A DNA stretch of 63,900 nucleotides, counting the filler, from Stramenopiles sp. TOSAG23-3 (Eukaryota): the NCBI GenBank assembly GCA_900128585.1. It is 4 parts of 4 records of this genome, joined end to end, with 100 filler letters (N's around TTAATTAATTAA, not from the genome) between each part and the next. Parts side by side here need not be neighbours in the genome. Positions count along the whole stretch, not along the records: positions 16,029 to 31,935 come from LT642507.1; positions 32,036 to 47,924 come from LT642508.1; 2 more parts are not named here. One strand, given 5' to 3'. The notes below the pieces were generated by a model. It did not search any database. It was not told the origin of the DNA and saw only the letters and a program-made list of their open reading frames with translations. A program made the translations under genes and the position numbers. Below are positions 29,707 to 38,731 of this stretch, in pieces (position 1 is the stretch's first letter; every line of letters begins with the position of its first letter).

Positions 29707-31584
29707 TTAAGCCTCTCTTGCCAAGCCCCGCAAGTCGTGGAGGCTCTGGCTAACTGTAGAGACAAAGTCCGTCGTGTTCGTGCTTGGGCTATCGTGATAG
29801 CTCGTGACGCAAATTGGGAAGACGTCCTGGAGGATTTGATACCCGATTCCGTACCCATCGCCTGTGACGGCGCCAAATCCAAAAACGTCGAGTTCCGGGG
29901 AAGAGACGTTGCTTGAGGATAAAAGGAAGGTCTGGCTCCTCGAATACACAGGGTCGTTGAAGATTTCTGGCATTTTGTACCCCTCTTCTTCCGCAATGAT
30001 CTTCAAGGCCATCATGTGCCGATCGCACCCCAAGCCCATCATAGCCTCCTTCGCCAGAGTCACATGCCTGCTTGCCGCGCGGTGCATCATTTCACAAAGT
30101 TCAGACTTGCTGAACAAGTCTTTTTTTGCCATCGCCGTGACAAACGTTGCCATATCCTCGCTGCATGCGCGAATAGTTTCTGTACGACCCCGGAAAAAAC
30201 CCCGAGTCGAGCAGGACTCGTACGTCGGGCCTAACTTGTCGTGAAGCTTAAAGTAGCTCATTTGAAACGCCATCTGCCCCACTGCGTCTGGGCTCATTTT
30301 CATTGCTTTTATCTCCGGCTTTGCAAAGTCGTCAAACATGAGCATCTTCAGGTCAATGTTGCGAACAACTTTGTCGAACTCTGCGCAGCATTTGCTGATT
30401 TCGTCGGCAACGCTGTCGGAAAGGGCGAATTCTACGGCCTGCACCGCCAGAGGGGAGGTGTGCTGCGGAACGTCCGGCAAAGGCCCATACGCTGAGGTTT
30501 GGCCCTTGCTTTCCATGTCATGCCAGACTTCGTGGATCATCCGATTCCACGTTGTACCGTCGGAATGCGAATGCTCAAAGTTGACTCCTACTGTCCCATC
30601 TTTCAACACGATGATTTGATGCTTGTCAAACCAACGATTCTTTCCATCCCCCGTGAGCATTGCCATTCCTACATCGTCCAAACCCCCCAGGTCCTCGTCG
30701 TCGAGCGCAATGATCATCAACGCCTCGTCGATCGTATCCAAAGACACGGCGTTCATAGGGTTAGACGCCACCATGTCTTTGCGTATTTTAGCCCAGCTGT
30801 TTCGTTCACTGGTAGTTAGCACGCCGACCATGGATCCTTGTGAGTCGCTCTTGCGGATCGAGGTGATTTCCTGAATTGCCGACTTGATAGAGTTCACGCT
30901 GGCAAGGGTTCCCTGCGCGTCCACGACATCAACTCTGTAAAAATCGTTCTGCCATTGAAACACGACGTGCTTTGAAGACGGTGACTCTTTCAAACAATCC
31001 ATCGATTCTTCCGGGATCCGCGCGGTGCCCATCTGCCGCCCGAGGGTAGCAATGCAGGCGCCGGACTTCTCGGGCATTACCTTGTTGTCTAGCAGGGCCA
31101 GCTGCCACTTCACGGAAGACTCGACCAAGTGCGCAGTTCGGTCCACTCTGCCCTGCATGTCGGGGGAGGCGTTTCGTTTGATTATGTAAAACGGGTTTAT
31201 GTTCACTGGGTTCGGGCACCTGGCACCCAAGTATCCCTCGTCCCACGCTTTCTCAAAGTAAAAGGCGGGCGCCGCCTCGCCTGCCCCTGCAAAGGCCGAG
31301 TCTTTTTCTAATAGCTTCTGCTGAAGTTCTGGGCCGACCCCGCTGAGAAAATCGTTCGCCCCAGACTGGACTCTGCGAAACTCGCCGTCACTTTCACACA
31401 AATGTTCGACACTGTTCAAATACTTTCTAACCGTATCATTTATATCAGGTATCGTGAGCCGTGGCAACTGCTGGTGGTTCGTTTGAAAAAGGGTTTGAAA
31501 ATCATACTGGGTGGACAAACAAGCCCGCAGCGTAGGTGTTGCCAGCCCAAGTGCCCTGAACCTGTTTGCTGCGACGGAATGCAT
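29707..31584 (-). CDS. Carnitine/choline O-acyltransferase, probably mitochondrial
   Basis: LPRLTIPDINDTVRKYL, NRWFDK, catalytic EHSHSDG, TYESCSTRGFFRGRTETIR, FGAVTGDGYGIGY. Basic transit-peptide-like N-terminus. Confidence 0.93.
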   Translation of the reverse strand: MHSVAANRFRALGLATPTLRACLSTQYDFQTLFQTNHQQLPRLTIPDINDTVRKYLNSVEHLCESDGEFRRVQSGANDFLSGVGPELQQKLLEKDSAFAGAGEAAPAFYFEKAWDEGYLGARCPNPVNINPFYIIKRNASPDMQGRVDRTAHLVESSVKWQLALLDNKVMPEKSGACIATLGRQMGTARIPEESMDCLKESPSSKHVVFQWQNDFYRVDVVDAQGTLASVNSIKSAIQEITSIRKSDSQGSMVGVLTTSERNSWAKIRKDMVASNPMNAVSLDTIDEALMIIALDDEDLGGLDDVGMAMLTGDGKNRWFDKHQIIVLKDGTVGVNFEHSHSDGTTWNRMIHEVWHDMESKGQTSAYGPLPDVPQHTSPLAVQAVEFALSDSVADEISKCCAEFDKVVRNIDLKMLMFDDFAKPEIKAMKMSPDAVGQMAFQMSYFKLHDKLGPTYESCSTRGFFRGRTETIRACSEDMATFVTAMAKKDLFSKSELCEMMHRAASRHVTLAKEAMMGLGCDRHMMALKIIAEEEGYKMPEIFNDPVYSRSQTFLLSSSNVSSPELDVFGFGAVTGDGYGIGYQILQDVFPICVTSYHDSPSTNTTDFVSTVSQSLHDLRGLAREA

Positions 31585-31935
31585 GGGGTGTGCGCGCGCC
31601 GTACAACGTCGTGGGTACAACTATTATTTCCTCTAGTAATAAATTAATTGGAACAAGTAGAGTATAGTTACAAAATCAAAATGTACATAAGCACATTTCC
31701 GATTTGTATTTTTTACTTTCACGACAACATCAAAACAAGAAAAAAAGTATTATTGGAGGAGTAGTAATCGAAGATTGAAAGTTAGAAGTTTGTAATAATA
31801 ATAATGATGATGATCATCCTAAAAAAAAATGTACACTACAAAAAAAATATTACCAGGTTCCGTCGTACTACATACAGTATAATTAATAATAAAAAATAAA
31901 GTTTGATAAAAAAATAATATCTTCAGGAGAGGAGG

Positions 31936-32035
31936 NNNNNNNNNNNNNNNNNNNNNNNNNNNNNNNNNNNNNNNNNNNNTTAATTAATTAANNNNNNNNN
32001 NNNNNNNNNNNNNNNNNNNNNNNNNNNNNNNNNNN
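31936..32035. other. Artificial contig-joining linker
   Basis: N44-TTAATTAATTAA-N44. Confidence 0.97.
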
Positions 32036-32197
32036 GAGCCGGATAAACTCTGGCACATTAAAAAGGAGACCGTCCAAACGACCATGGGCGCAGGAAAGAT
32101 TGTTGAGAATCGTCCAAATGGTGTTAAAGTCGTTGCCCTTGACTGGAAATTGGCCAACAACTCCGTTGCAACCATGTACACTTCACAACCTTTGTAA
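32036..32197 (+). CDS. 3' fragment of a hypothetical protein (not in the ORF track)
   Basis: Open from the contig start: EPDKLWHIKKETVQTTMGAGKIVENRPNGVKVVALDWKLANNSVATMYTSQPL*, followed by an AT-rich spacer. The pattern suggests a small SH3-like beta module (inference). Confidence 0.6.
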   Translation, partial: EPDKLWHIKKETVQTTMGAGKIVENRPNGVKVVALDWKLANNSVATMYTSQPL

Positions 32198-32487
32198 TCT
32201 AAGAATACTAAAACATGTTTTCAACTGAATTGTTTATAGTACCACAGTATAATAGTATAGGTATTATATTTAAAAAAAAAAGAAGAAGAAGAAACGGAGG
32301 AGGTCAGAAGAGGTCGGTAGATTAGAATATAGTTTTAAACATGTTGGTTACTGCTAGACAGATAACTGTGCTAGTTTCAAGTTTCAAGCGGGGGTTTGAA
32401 GGTTTGTTTGTATTTGAATTTTGGTATTTGATATCATTTTATGTCTCAAGATTATTTTCAGACCACTTGAGTCTATTCAAAGATACC

Positions 32488-33891
32488 ATGGATTTTGAAC
32501 GGGAAACTCAACCAGGGAGTTACTCGTTCGTGTTTCAGAATGCTTCTTCGGCGGAGGGGGTGGCCGAAGAGCGTGAACAGTATACCCTGGACTGTGTAAA
32601 ACTCCACAAGAAACTCGTTAAACTTAGCAAGAAAGGTGCGGAAAAGTCGGCAAACTGGATAAATAGCCTGAAATTGGCGCTGAAAGATAGCACGTTCAAA
32701 GGCGTCGCATCGTTCCTTACTGCTGCGCTGAAGTTCAACCTTTCAGAAAATGACGACACCGACGCGTTGGTTCAGCACTTGAAGCAGTTTTGTCTGGACA
32801 GTGTTGGCGACGACCATATCTTGCAGCACGTGGCGGTCATCCAGGCACGTTTCTCCCCAGGCGAGCAGCCAGACATAGGAATTGCACATTTGAAGTTTCC
32901 GCAGTGGAGGAAAGTCGTGTTTTGGCTCGATCCCGCGGACGTACTAGCAACATTTTTTCTGGCAAAGCGACAGCAGCTGAACGCTAACTCAACACCATCC
33001 GGTGTGTATAACTTTGTCAAATCGTTTTGTGCCTCCATGTCGCCCTGCCCCTACAACGCACTGCGCAAAGAAGGGTTTTCCCTGCACAGTCTACTCTTGC
33101 GCATGTTTGACGAAGAAACTTACGACGTCAAGTTGACCACCAAGACAAAAATGGTTAGCAAGACAGTGGGGAATTCAAAATATGAACATGCAAAATCCAT
33201 GTACCAGTTTCCGCCAGAGCAGCGGGTCAAACATATGAAAGGCGTCCATGCTCTCATGATGTCCGAGATATTCTTAAAGCTTGGAACGACGGCCAGGCAA
33301 CGCCTGATGATCCGGAACGTGTTCTTGAAGTACAATGAAATTCTCTGCGGTAACGACGAAGTCGGAAGGTGGACCGGGCCAAAAAAAACGCTTTCCTTTT
33401 ATAACTATGGGATTGAAGCAGTGCCGCCGCCAGAGTTGTTGTACATACTTGGCCAAAGGCTGAACGGGGTGTTGGACTGCGAGCGTGGTGGGATTGGGTA
33501 CTCCAGGCGATACCGGGATGAGAAGGGAATGTTTGTGTACCTAGACGATCCGAAGAAAGCAGACTTGTTGGGCTACACTCCAAGCCCAAACGAAGTGATC
33601 ACCGAAAGCAAGCTAGTAAAAATGAGAAAGAAATTAGGAAGTGCGCATTTGGAAACCATTCGCAACGCGGAGGTAGTCCTTGAAGAGTTCTTGCTCAACC
33701 CAGACGTTATCAAACGAACGAAACGAAAAGCGAGCGGTTCAGGGGCAGAAACGCGAAGAAAGCGACAGGCGGTAGAAAACACGAGTGATCACAATCGGTT
33801 TGAACTCTCTTCTTCAAGTTCATTCTGGAAACAAGAAGACGATGACCAAAGAGAGACTGCCGAACAACAAAGTCAAAGTCAGTATGTCTAA
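32488..33891 (+). CDS. Hypothetical protein, possibly nuclear
   Basis: Long ORF with coding-like composition from the ATG at 32488. Bipartite NLS-like KRTKRK...RRKRQ near the C-terminus. No family recognised. Confidence 0.75.
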   Translation: MDFERETQPGSYSFVFQNASSAEGVAEEREQYTLDCVKLHKKLVKLSKKGAEKSANWINSLKLALKDSTFKGVASFLTAALKFNLSENDDTDALVQHLKQFCLDSVGDDHILQHVAVIQARFSPGEQPDIGIAHLKFPQWRKVVFWLDPADVLATFFLAKRQQLNANSTPSGVYNFVKSFCASMSPCPYNALRKEGFSLHSLLLRMFDEETYDVKLTTKTKMVSKTVGNSKYEHAKSMYQFPPEQRVKHMKGVHALMMSEIFLKLGTTARQRLMIRNVFLKYNEILCGNDEVGRWTGPKKTLSFYNYGIEAVPPPELLYILGQRLNGVLDCERGGIGYSRRYRDEKGMFVYLDDPKKADLLGYTPSPNEVITESKLVKMRKKLGSAHLETIRNAEVVLEEFLLNPDVIKRTKRKASGSGAETRRKRQAVENTSDHNRFELSSSSSFWKQEDDDQRETAEQQSQSQYV

Positions 33892-34246
33892 ATAATATTA
33901 TTATTATAATAAAAAGAAGAAGAAGAAAGAAGAAGAAGAAGGGGCGAAAATAAATACTATATAGGTAATAGTATAATATATAACTACATAAATATTGTAT
34001 ACTGATGAATTATTGTGCTTGGCGATTATTGTTGTTGTTGTAGATGATAGATAATTTATTATTAATTACTACACTTCTGCTGGTCGGTAGAATGATTTCA
34101 ATTTGATAAAAGATTTGAATCATGAACTACATATATATATATATTGGGAAATTCATTTCTAAATATCATTTTACGGATCGTTGGATTCAGAAGTGTAGTT
34201 ATTTGTTAGACATAACCACTTGTTTTATTTCAACGATAGCAACAAT

Positions 34247-35401
34247 ATGAAAACGTTACGTTTCTTGTCTGCGTGCCTGTTCGTGGTGGCAGCGACCGTG
34301 GCTTCAAGTTCGGCATACCCAATACGTCGGTGGACGTATGACGCGGCAGGGAGCAACTATGACTTTGGTCTTGCGTTTGGGAAAGAGTTTGGAGAGGACA
34401 TTCGTGCGCGACTGGACCAAAACGAACAGCTGCGTATTATGCTGAATGAATTCGATGGGAGCGAGCGGTACAATTCATTTTACGCCTCTCACCAGAAGAA
34501 GTACCCGGAGTACATGTCAGAGTTGCAGGGTATGGCTGACGGAGCAAACGTGAACTTCGAGGCGCTCTTCATAAACCAAATGTCCCAAGAATTCACGTAC
34601 TACATGAAAGGCTACGAACACAAGAAAGTATTCACCGACCACTGTAGCGATGTAGTGCTTTACAAATCTGAGGACGAAATGTTCATGGCGCACAACGAAG
34701 ACTCGGCAAAGTTTGACGTGAACGGTTCTGTTCTCGTAGAAGCAGTAAACGGGGTCAACAACGGCCCGGGGTTCACTACGTTTGTTTACATGGGGAACAC
34801 TCCAACGGGGGCGTTTGGCTTCAACACAGAGGGGGTTGTCTTTACCATGAACTATCAAGTTCCATCAAAACCAGATGCGGCGGGGTTTGGCAGAGTCTTC
34901 ATTGCGCGGGCGATGCTGGATTCGTCGAGTTTTGAGGATGCTGTCCAGATTGCGGCCAAGACTCCAATGATAGGCGGTCACAACTATCAAATCGGCGAGC
35001 ACAACTCCAACAAGCTTGTGAACGTCGAAGTAGCATCGTTTGGGACATACTCGATTAAAACATTTGCGGCGGGGGACCCAGCGTTCTTTCATGCAAACAT
35101 GTACACTAATTTGAACGTTTCGCAATGGACCGACCCAAGTTCCGTCCACCGCGCAGCACGGTTCAAAGCAATCCAGGCCACCCACCCTGTCCATTCCACC
35201 GTTGGCATGAGGGGCGTGCTGGGCGATCAGGAGGACGTCAAATATCCTGTGTACCATGACGATAAGGGTCGCGCAAACGGGGATATATCAGGAAGCTACA
35301 CGTTAATATCCATCGTTGTTGATTTAAAAAAGGGGGTAATGGAGTTCTTCTCAAAAAATCCAAAGTTAAACAGTCCTGACTTTAACCTTACCATTTGCTG
35401 A
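34247..35401 (+). CDS. Peptidase C45 family Ntn-hydrolase, secreted or lysosomal
   Basis: Signal peptide, YPEYMSELQGMADGA, nucleophile motif DHCSD, AHNED, GFNTEGV and FHANMY. Confidence 0.88.
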   Translation: MKTLRFLSACLFVVAATVASSSAYPIRRWTYDAAGSNYDFGLAFGKEFGEDIRARLDQNEQLRIMLNEFDGSERYNSFYASHQKKYPEYMSELQGMADGANVNFEALFINQMSQEFTYYMKGYEHKKVFTDHCSDVVLYKSEDEMFMAHNEDSAKFDVNGSVLVEAVNGVNNGPGFTTFVYMGNTPTGAFGFNTEGVVFTMNYQVPSKPDAAGFGRVFIARAMLDSSSFEDAVQIAAKTPMIGGHNYQIGEHNSNKLVNVEVASFGTYSIKTFAAGDPAFFHANMYTNLNVSQWTDPSSVHRAARFKAIQATHPVHSTVGMRGVLGDQEDVKYPVYHDDKGRANGDISGSYTLISIVVDLKKGVMEFFSKNPKLNSPDFNLTIC

Positions 35402-35706
35402 ATGGCGAAAGGTTCTTTAGGCTGAATCAAATTGTGAGGATTTCAGCAGAGAATGGTTTACAACACATTTTGGGGCTGAGAGCCTGAGGATTGATATTTA
35501 AAACAATGTGCTCTTATTACAATGTGTTCTTATTTTATAATTACATGTCTCTCGTAGGCTTTGGTTTTAATTTTGAAATGTAAACATTACTTGTATCTCA
35601 TGTTAAGAAATTCTTTCAAAAAATTTTCTTTTTTTTTTTGTAAAAAACATTGTAAGTAAAGAATTGGTCACAAACTTACTACACCCCCTCCGGGCCCGTA
35701 CTGTCT

Positions 35707-37878
35707 TCACTCCGGTCCCAATCCTTTCATATCTTCGACTACTTTGTCAATGCTATTAAACTGATTGGTAAAGTCGACGGGGTACAAAAATTGCCGCAGG
35801 TCGTAACGATTATCGTCAGGGGAGTAGTTTTCACGCTTCACCTTGGTGGCTATATCTGCCACTTTCAAGGATCGCGACGTTCCTGGTCCCCACAAAGCCA
35901 ACAACTTACACATCATGGAGTACGGGCCAAGCTTCTCTATCTTGCGCAAACGCCCAAACACGCTTAGCTCGTCGTACGTCATCCCCATCTCTTCCTCGTC
36001 CGTTTGCGCGTGTTCTATTTCTCTCCCGCTTGCATCGTGGCGGCCCACTTCCTCCGCCTTTTGGGGCCTTAACTCTGCCGTGGGCGCAGCCCTGACCACT
36101 TCCAGCAGGGAGGTCCATGAAAAGGTCTTCCCTGCCCATTCCAAAAACAACTTCAAATCGGTTTTGCTGATCCCCCCGATTGGGTTCAGATCGGCACTGC
36201 TACAGTCGTACTTTGTAAAGTAACCTCGGAGGCTTTCGTCGACATTGGCCGATCCCAGGACTAGCAGGAACCCGCCTTTCTTCCCGCGACGGATCCAAGG
36301 GAGCAACTGGGCAATCTCGTATGCGTACACCATCCGGCTCCTCGCCTGGATGTTCTGAAGGGCCAAGTCCTCCGTCATCGTCCCGCCGTGCGCTTCGAAT
36401 TTCGGGCGCTTGTTTGTCATTTGCTCGAAAGTTTGAACAAACGAGCCTACTATATGATCCATGTTGGATGCGCAATGGTACGTTCCAATCTCGCCCGCTA
36501 ATTTTGCGGCGCGGTTGGTCGTTGCTTGGGAGCTATGCTCGGTCCCCATGAAACAAGTGTGCATAATTTTGTTTGCCAGGTCCCGGGGGGTCCACCCAGC
36601 CACCACTTGGGCAATTCGACGGGCATCCTCCATGACGATTTCATTCCCTTGCTCCATTGCGTCGACCACCATCTTACACATGATGCCAACAATTGCGCAC
36701 GTCGCCGAGCTATCGGCCCCGCCCGAGAGCGGGAGCAAGTACCCACCGGCACCAGAGCGTCGCAAGTAGTCCCACAACCACGCCGCAGGCCCATACCCAA
36801 TCTCCTCCTCGGGAGTGTGGTAACGAGGCAACGTGGGCGCCGTACACCGGCGGCACAAAAACTCCATTCTTACTTTCTCGTTGCTACCGCTGCTCGACAC
36901 GGCCGCTTTGACCATATCTTTCATCGAAGCATTTACGGCCACTCTTGGAATTTTCCCCCATTTCGCGGCTTGGTCGTTCCGACTACCCAGGCCAGTACGG
37001 TACGTCGTCACGTAGTCCAAATCAATTGTCGCACACACCAATTCGACATCCGACAGGGAAAACTGCGTCCCTTGCCCAAGCAGATCCCCGTTCATGTATA
37101 CCATCGCGCAGCCATCGTAATAGAGTCGTCCGCCGTCGCATCCTTGCTGGTTTGCGTACAAATACACGCCACCGCACTTTGCTGTCGCAGTCTGCATGAG
37201 TTTGACGCGAACGTTCAGCTTACGTAACTGGTGATGGGACCCCGACCCGTTGCCGATAATTTCTACCCCGTTCAACGCCAGGGCAGCGTGCGGACTGTTT
37301 GATACGAACAATTCTTCGCACATTTCGCACGAGATGGTGGTCCCGTCGCTCATCGCCAAAATACCCACACCAAACGGCACGGTAGTTTGCCCCGTCGCCA
37401 TTGCCACAATGGAAGGGAGCAGGAATACTTCCATCGCCCTCGGATGAAACGGACTCCAGTTGTACGAGGCAAAGTAGCGCCTTTCACGGTAGTTCCCATC
37501 ATTTGCCAAGTTAATCTTCGGGCGAATCATCAACACTTTCTTGTCCAAACAGACAACGCGGCAGTTGTACCGCACTCCTTCGTGGATCAAGGGCATACCA
37601 AAGTCACACACACAGTTGTCTGTCAAATCCGTGCTTAGGATATAGGCCAGGCATTCCCACGAGTGCGTTATCGTATCGATTTCCAAAAAATGGTCCTCGC
37701 AACCATACCCACATATCTCGAGCTCGGGGCCCACCCGGTACGTTGCACCCTGCGCTTTTGCCAATTCGATCGACTTTACAATACGTTGTAAATTTCCATG
37801 AAAATCTAGTGCCCACTGGTTGAGATTGCAGGTCGCAACTTTCACTATCCTAGAAGAAGAAATAGGCAGACTCGCCAT
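35707..37878 (-). CDS. QNS1: Glutamine-dependent NAD+ synthetase, with an apparent in-frame deletion near the C-terminus
   Basis: VATCNLNQWALDF, GPELEICGYGCEDHF, CEELF, LPLSGGADS, LQNIQARSRMV, KYDCSSADLNPIGGISKTDL, PTAEL and YSPDDNRYDLRQFLY. Confidence 0.96.
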   Translation of the reverse strand: MASLPISSSRIVKVATCNLNQWALDFHGNLQRIVKSIELAKAQGATYRVGPELEICGYGCEDHFLEIDTITHSWECLAYILSTDLTDNCVCDFGMPLIHEGVRYNCRVVCLDKKVLMIRPKINLANDGNYRERRYFASYNWSPFHPRAMEVFLLPSIVAMATGQTTVPFGVGILAMSDGTTISCEMCEELFVSNSPHAALALNGVEIIGNGSGSHHQLRKLNVRVKLMQTATAKCGGVYLYANQQGCDGGRLYYDGCAMVYMNGDLLGQGTQFSLSDVELVCATIDLDYVTTYRTGLGSRNDQAAKWGKIPRVAVNASMKDMVKAAVSSSGSNEKVRMEFLCRRCTAPTLPRYHTPEEEIGYGPAAWLWDYLRRSGAGGYLLPLSGGADSSATCAIVGIMCKMVVDAMEQGNEIVMEDARRIAQVVAGWTPRDLANKIMHTCFMGTEHSSQATTNRAAKLAGEIGTYHCASNMDHIVGSFVQTFEQMTNKRPKFEAHGGTMTEDLALQNIQARSRMVYAYEIAQLLPWIRRGKKGGFLLVLGSANVDESLRGYFTKYDCSSADLNPIGGISKTDLKLFLEWAGKTFSWTSLLEVVRAAPTAELRPQKAEEVGRHDASGREIEHAQTDEEEMGMTYDELSVFGRLRKIEKLGPYSMMCKLLALWGPGTSRSLKVADIATKVKRENYSPDDNRYDLRQFLYPVDFTNQFNSIDKVVEDMKGLGPE

Positions 37879-37899
37879 ACCCAACGGTATATGTATCCG

Positions 37900-38570
37900 T
37901 AGAGAGAGAGAGAGAGAGAGAGAGAAGGACCTTCTTAGTCCGGTAACAAGAGACCTACAAACAACAGAAGAAAAAAGCAGAACGAACAGACAAAAATAAA
38001 GGGGGATAAGAAAATGACAAGATTTTAAACCTCAGTTTCCCAATTTCCTGCGATGTTAATCATTAACTGGAAACTAACTTTTGTTTTGAAACATATACAA
38101 AACATGTATATATAAAACATTGTTTTGTATTTTGTTGACACATGACACATTTGTTGACACATTTGACATTTTTGTTGTTGAGCGAAGCAGAGCGGCGAAA
38201 GAAGAACGAAAAAGAAGAAACAACAACACGACGAAGAAGAACGAAGAAGAAGAAAGAACAGAGGAGGACGAGAAGAGAGAAGAGAGAAGAGAGAGAGAGG
38301 ACGGAGGCAGGTGTCTGTCTTTCTTCTTCTTCTTTCTTCTTCTTTCTTCTTCTTCTTTCTTCTTCTTCTTTCATCTTTCTTTTTTTTCTTCTTCTTCATC
38401 TTTCTTCTTTCTTCTTCTTCTTTCTTCTTCTTTCTTCTTCTTCTTTCTTTTTTTTCTTTCTTCGACAGAACACAGAACAACAACAACAACAACAACAACA
38501 CGCACACACGCACAGCAGAAGAAAGAACACAACACAGAAGAAATGTATTTTTTCTTCTTCTCTTTCTTTC
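37900..38570. repeat. Low-complexity tract with (GA)n, (GAA)n, (TTC)n and (CAA)n repeats
   Basis: Visible microsatellite runs in the divergent intergenic region. Confidence 0.9.
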
Positions 38571-38731
38571 GCTGTTTTGACATTTGACATTGTCTAAAAT
38601 AATGCGTTTCTAATAAATTTTTGAACGACATGAGTTTTACTTTTGAACCGTTCACTCTCTGGTATATATTGTAGATATGTAAAAAAAACAAGAACAGTTT
38701 TCTTTCCAGGACGGGTGATGCAGGTGATACG

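Noticed and set aside
38025..38691. Stack of overlapping ORFs on both strands
   Set aside because: Stop-poor low-complexity repeats with no protein-like content.
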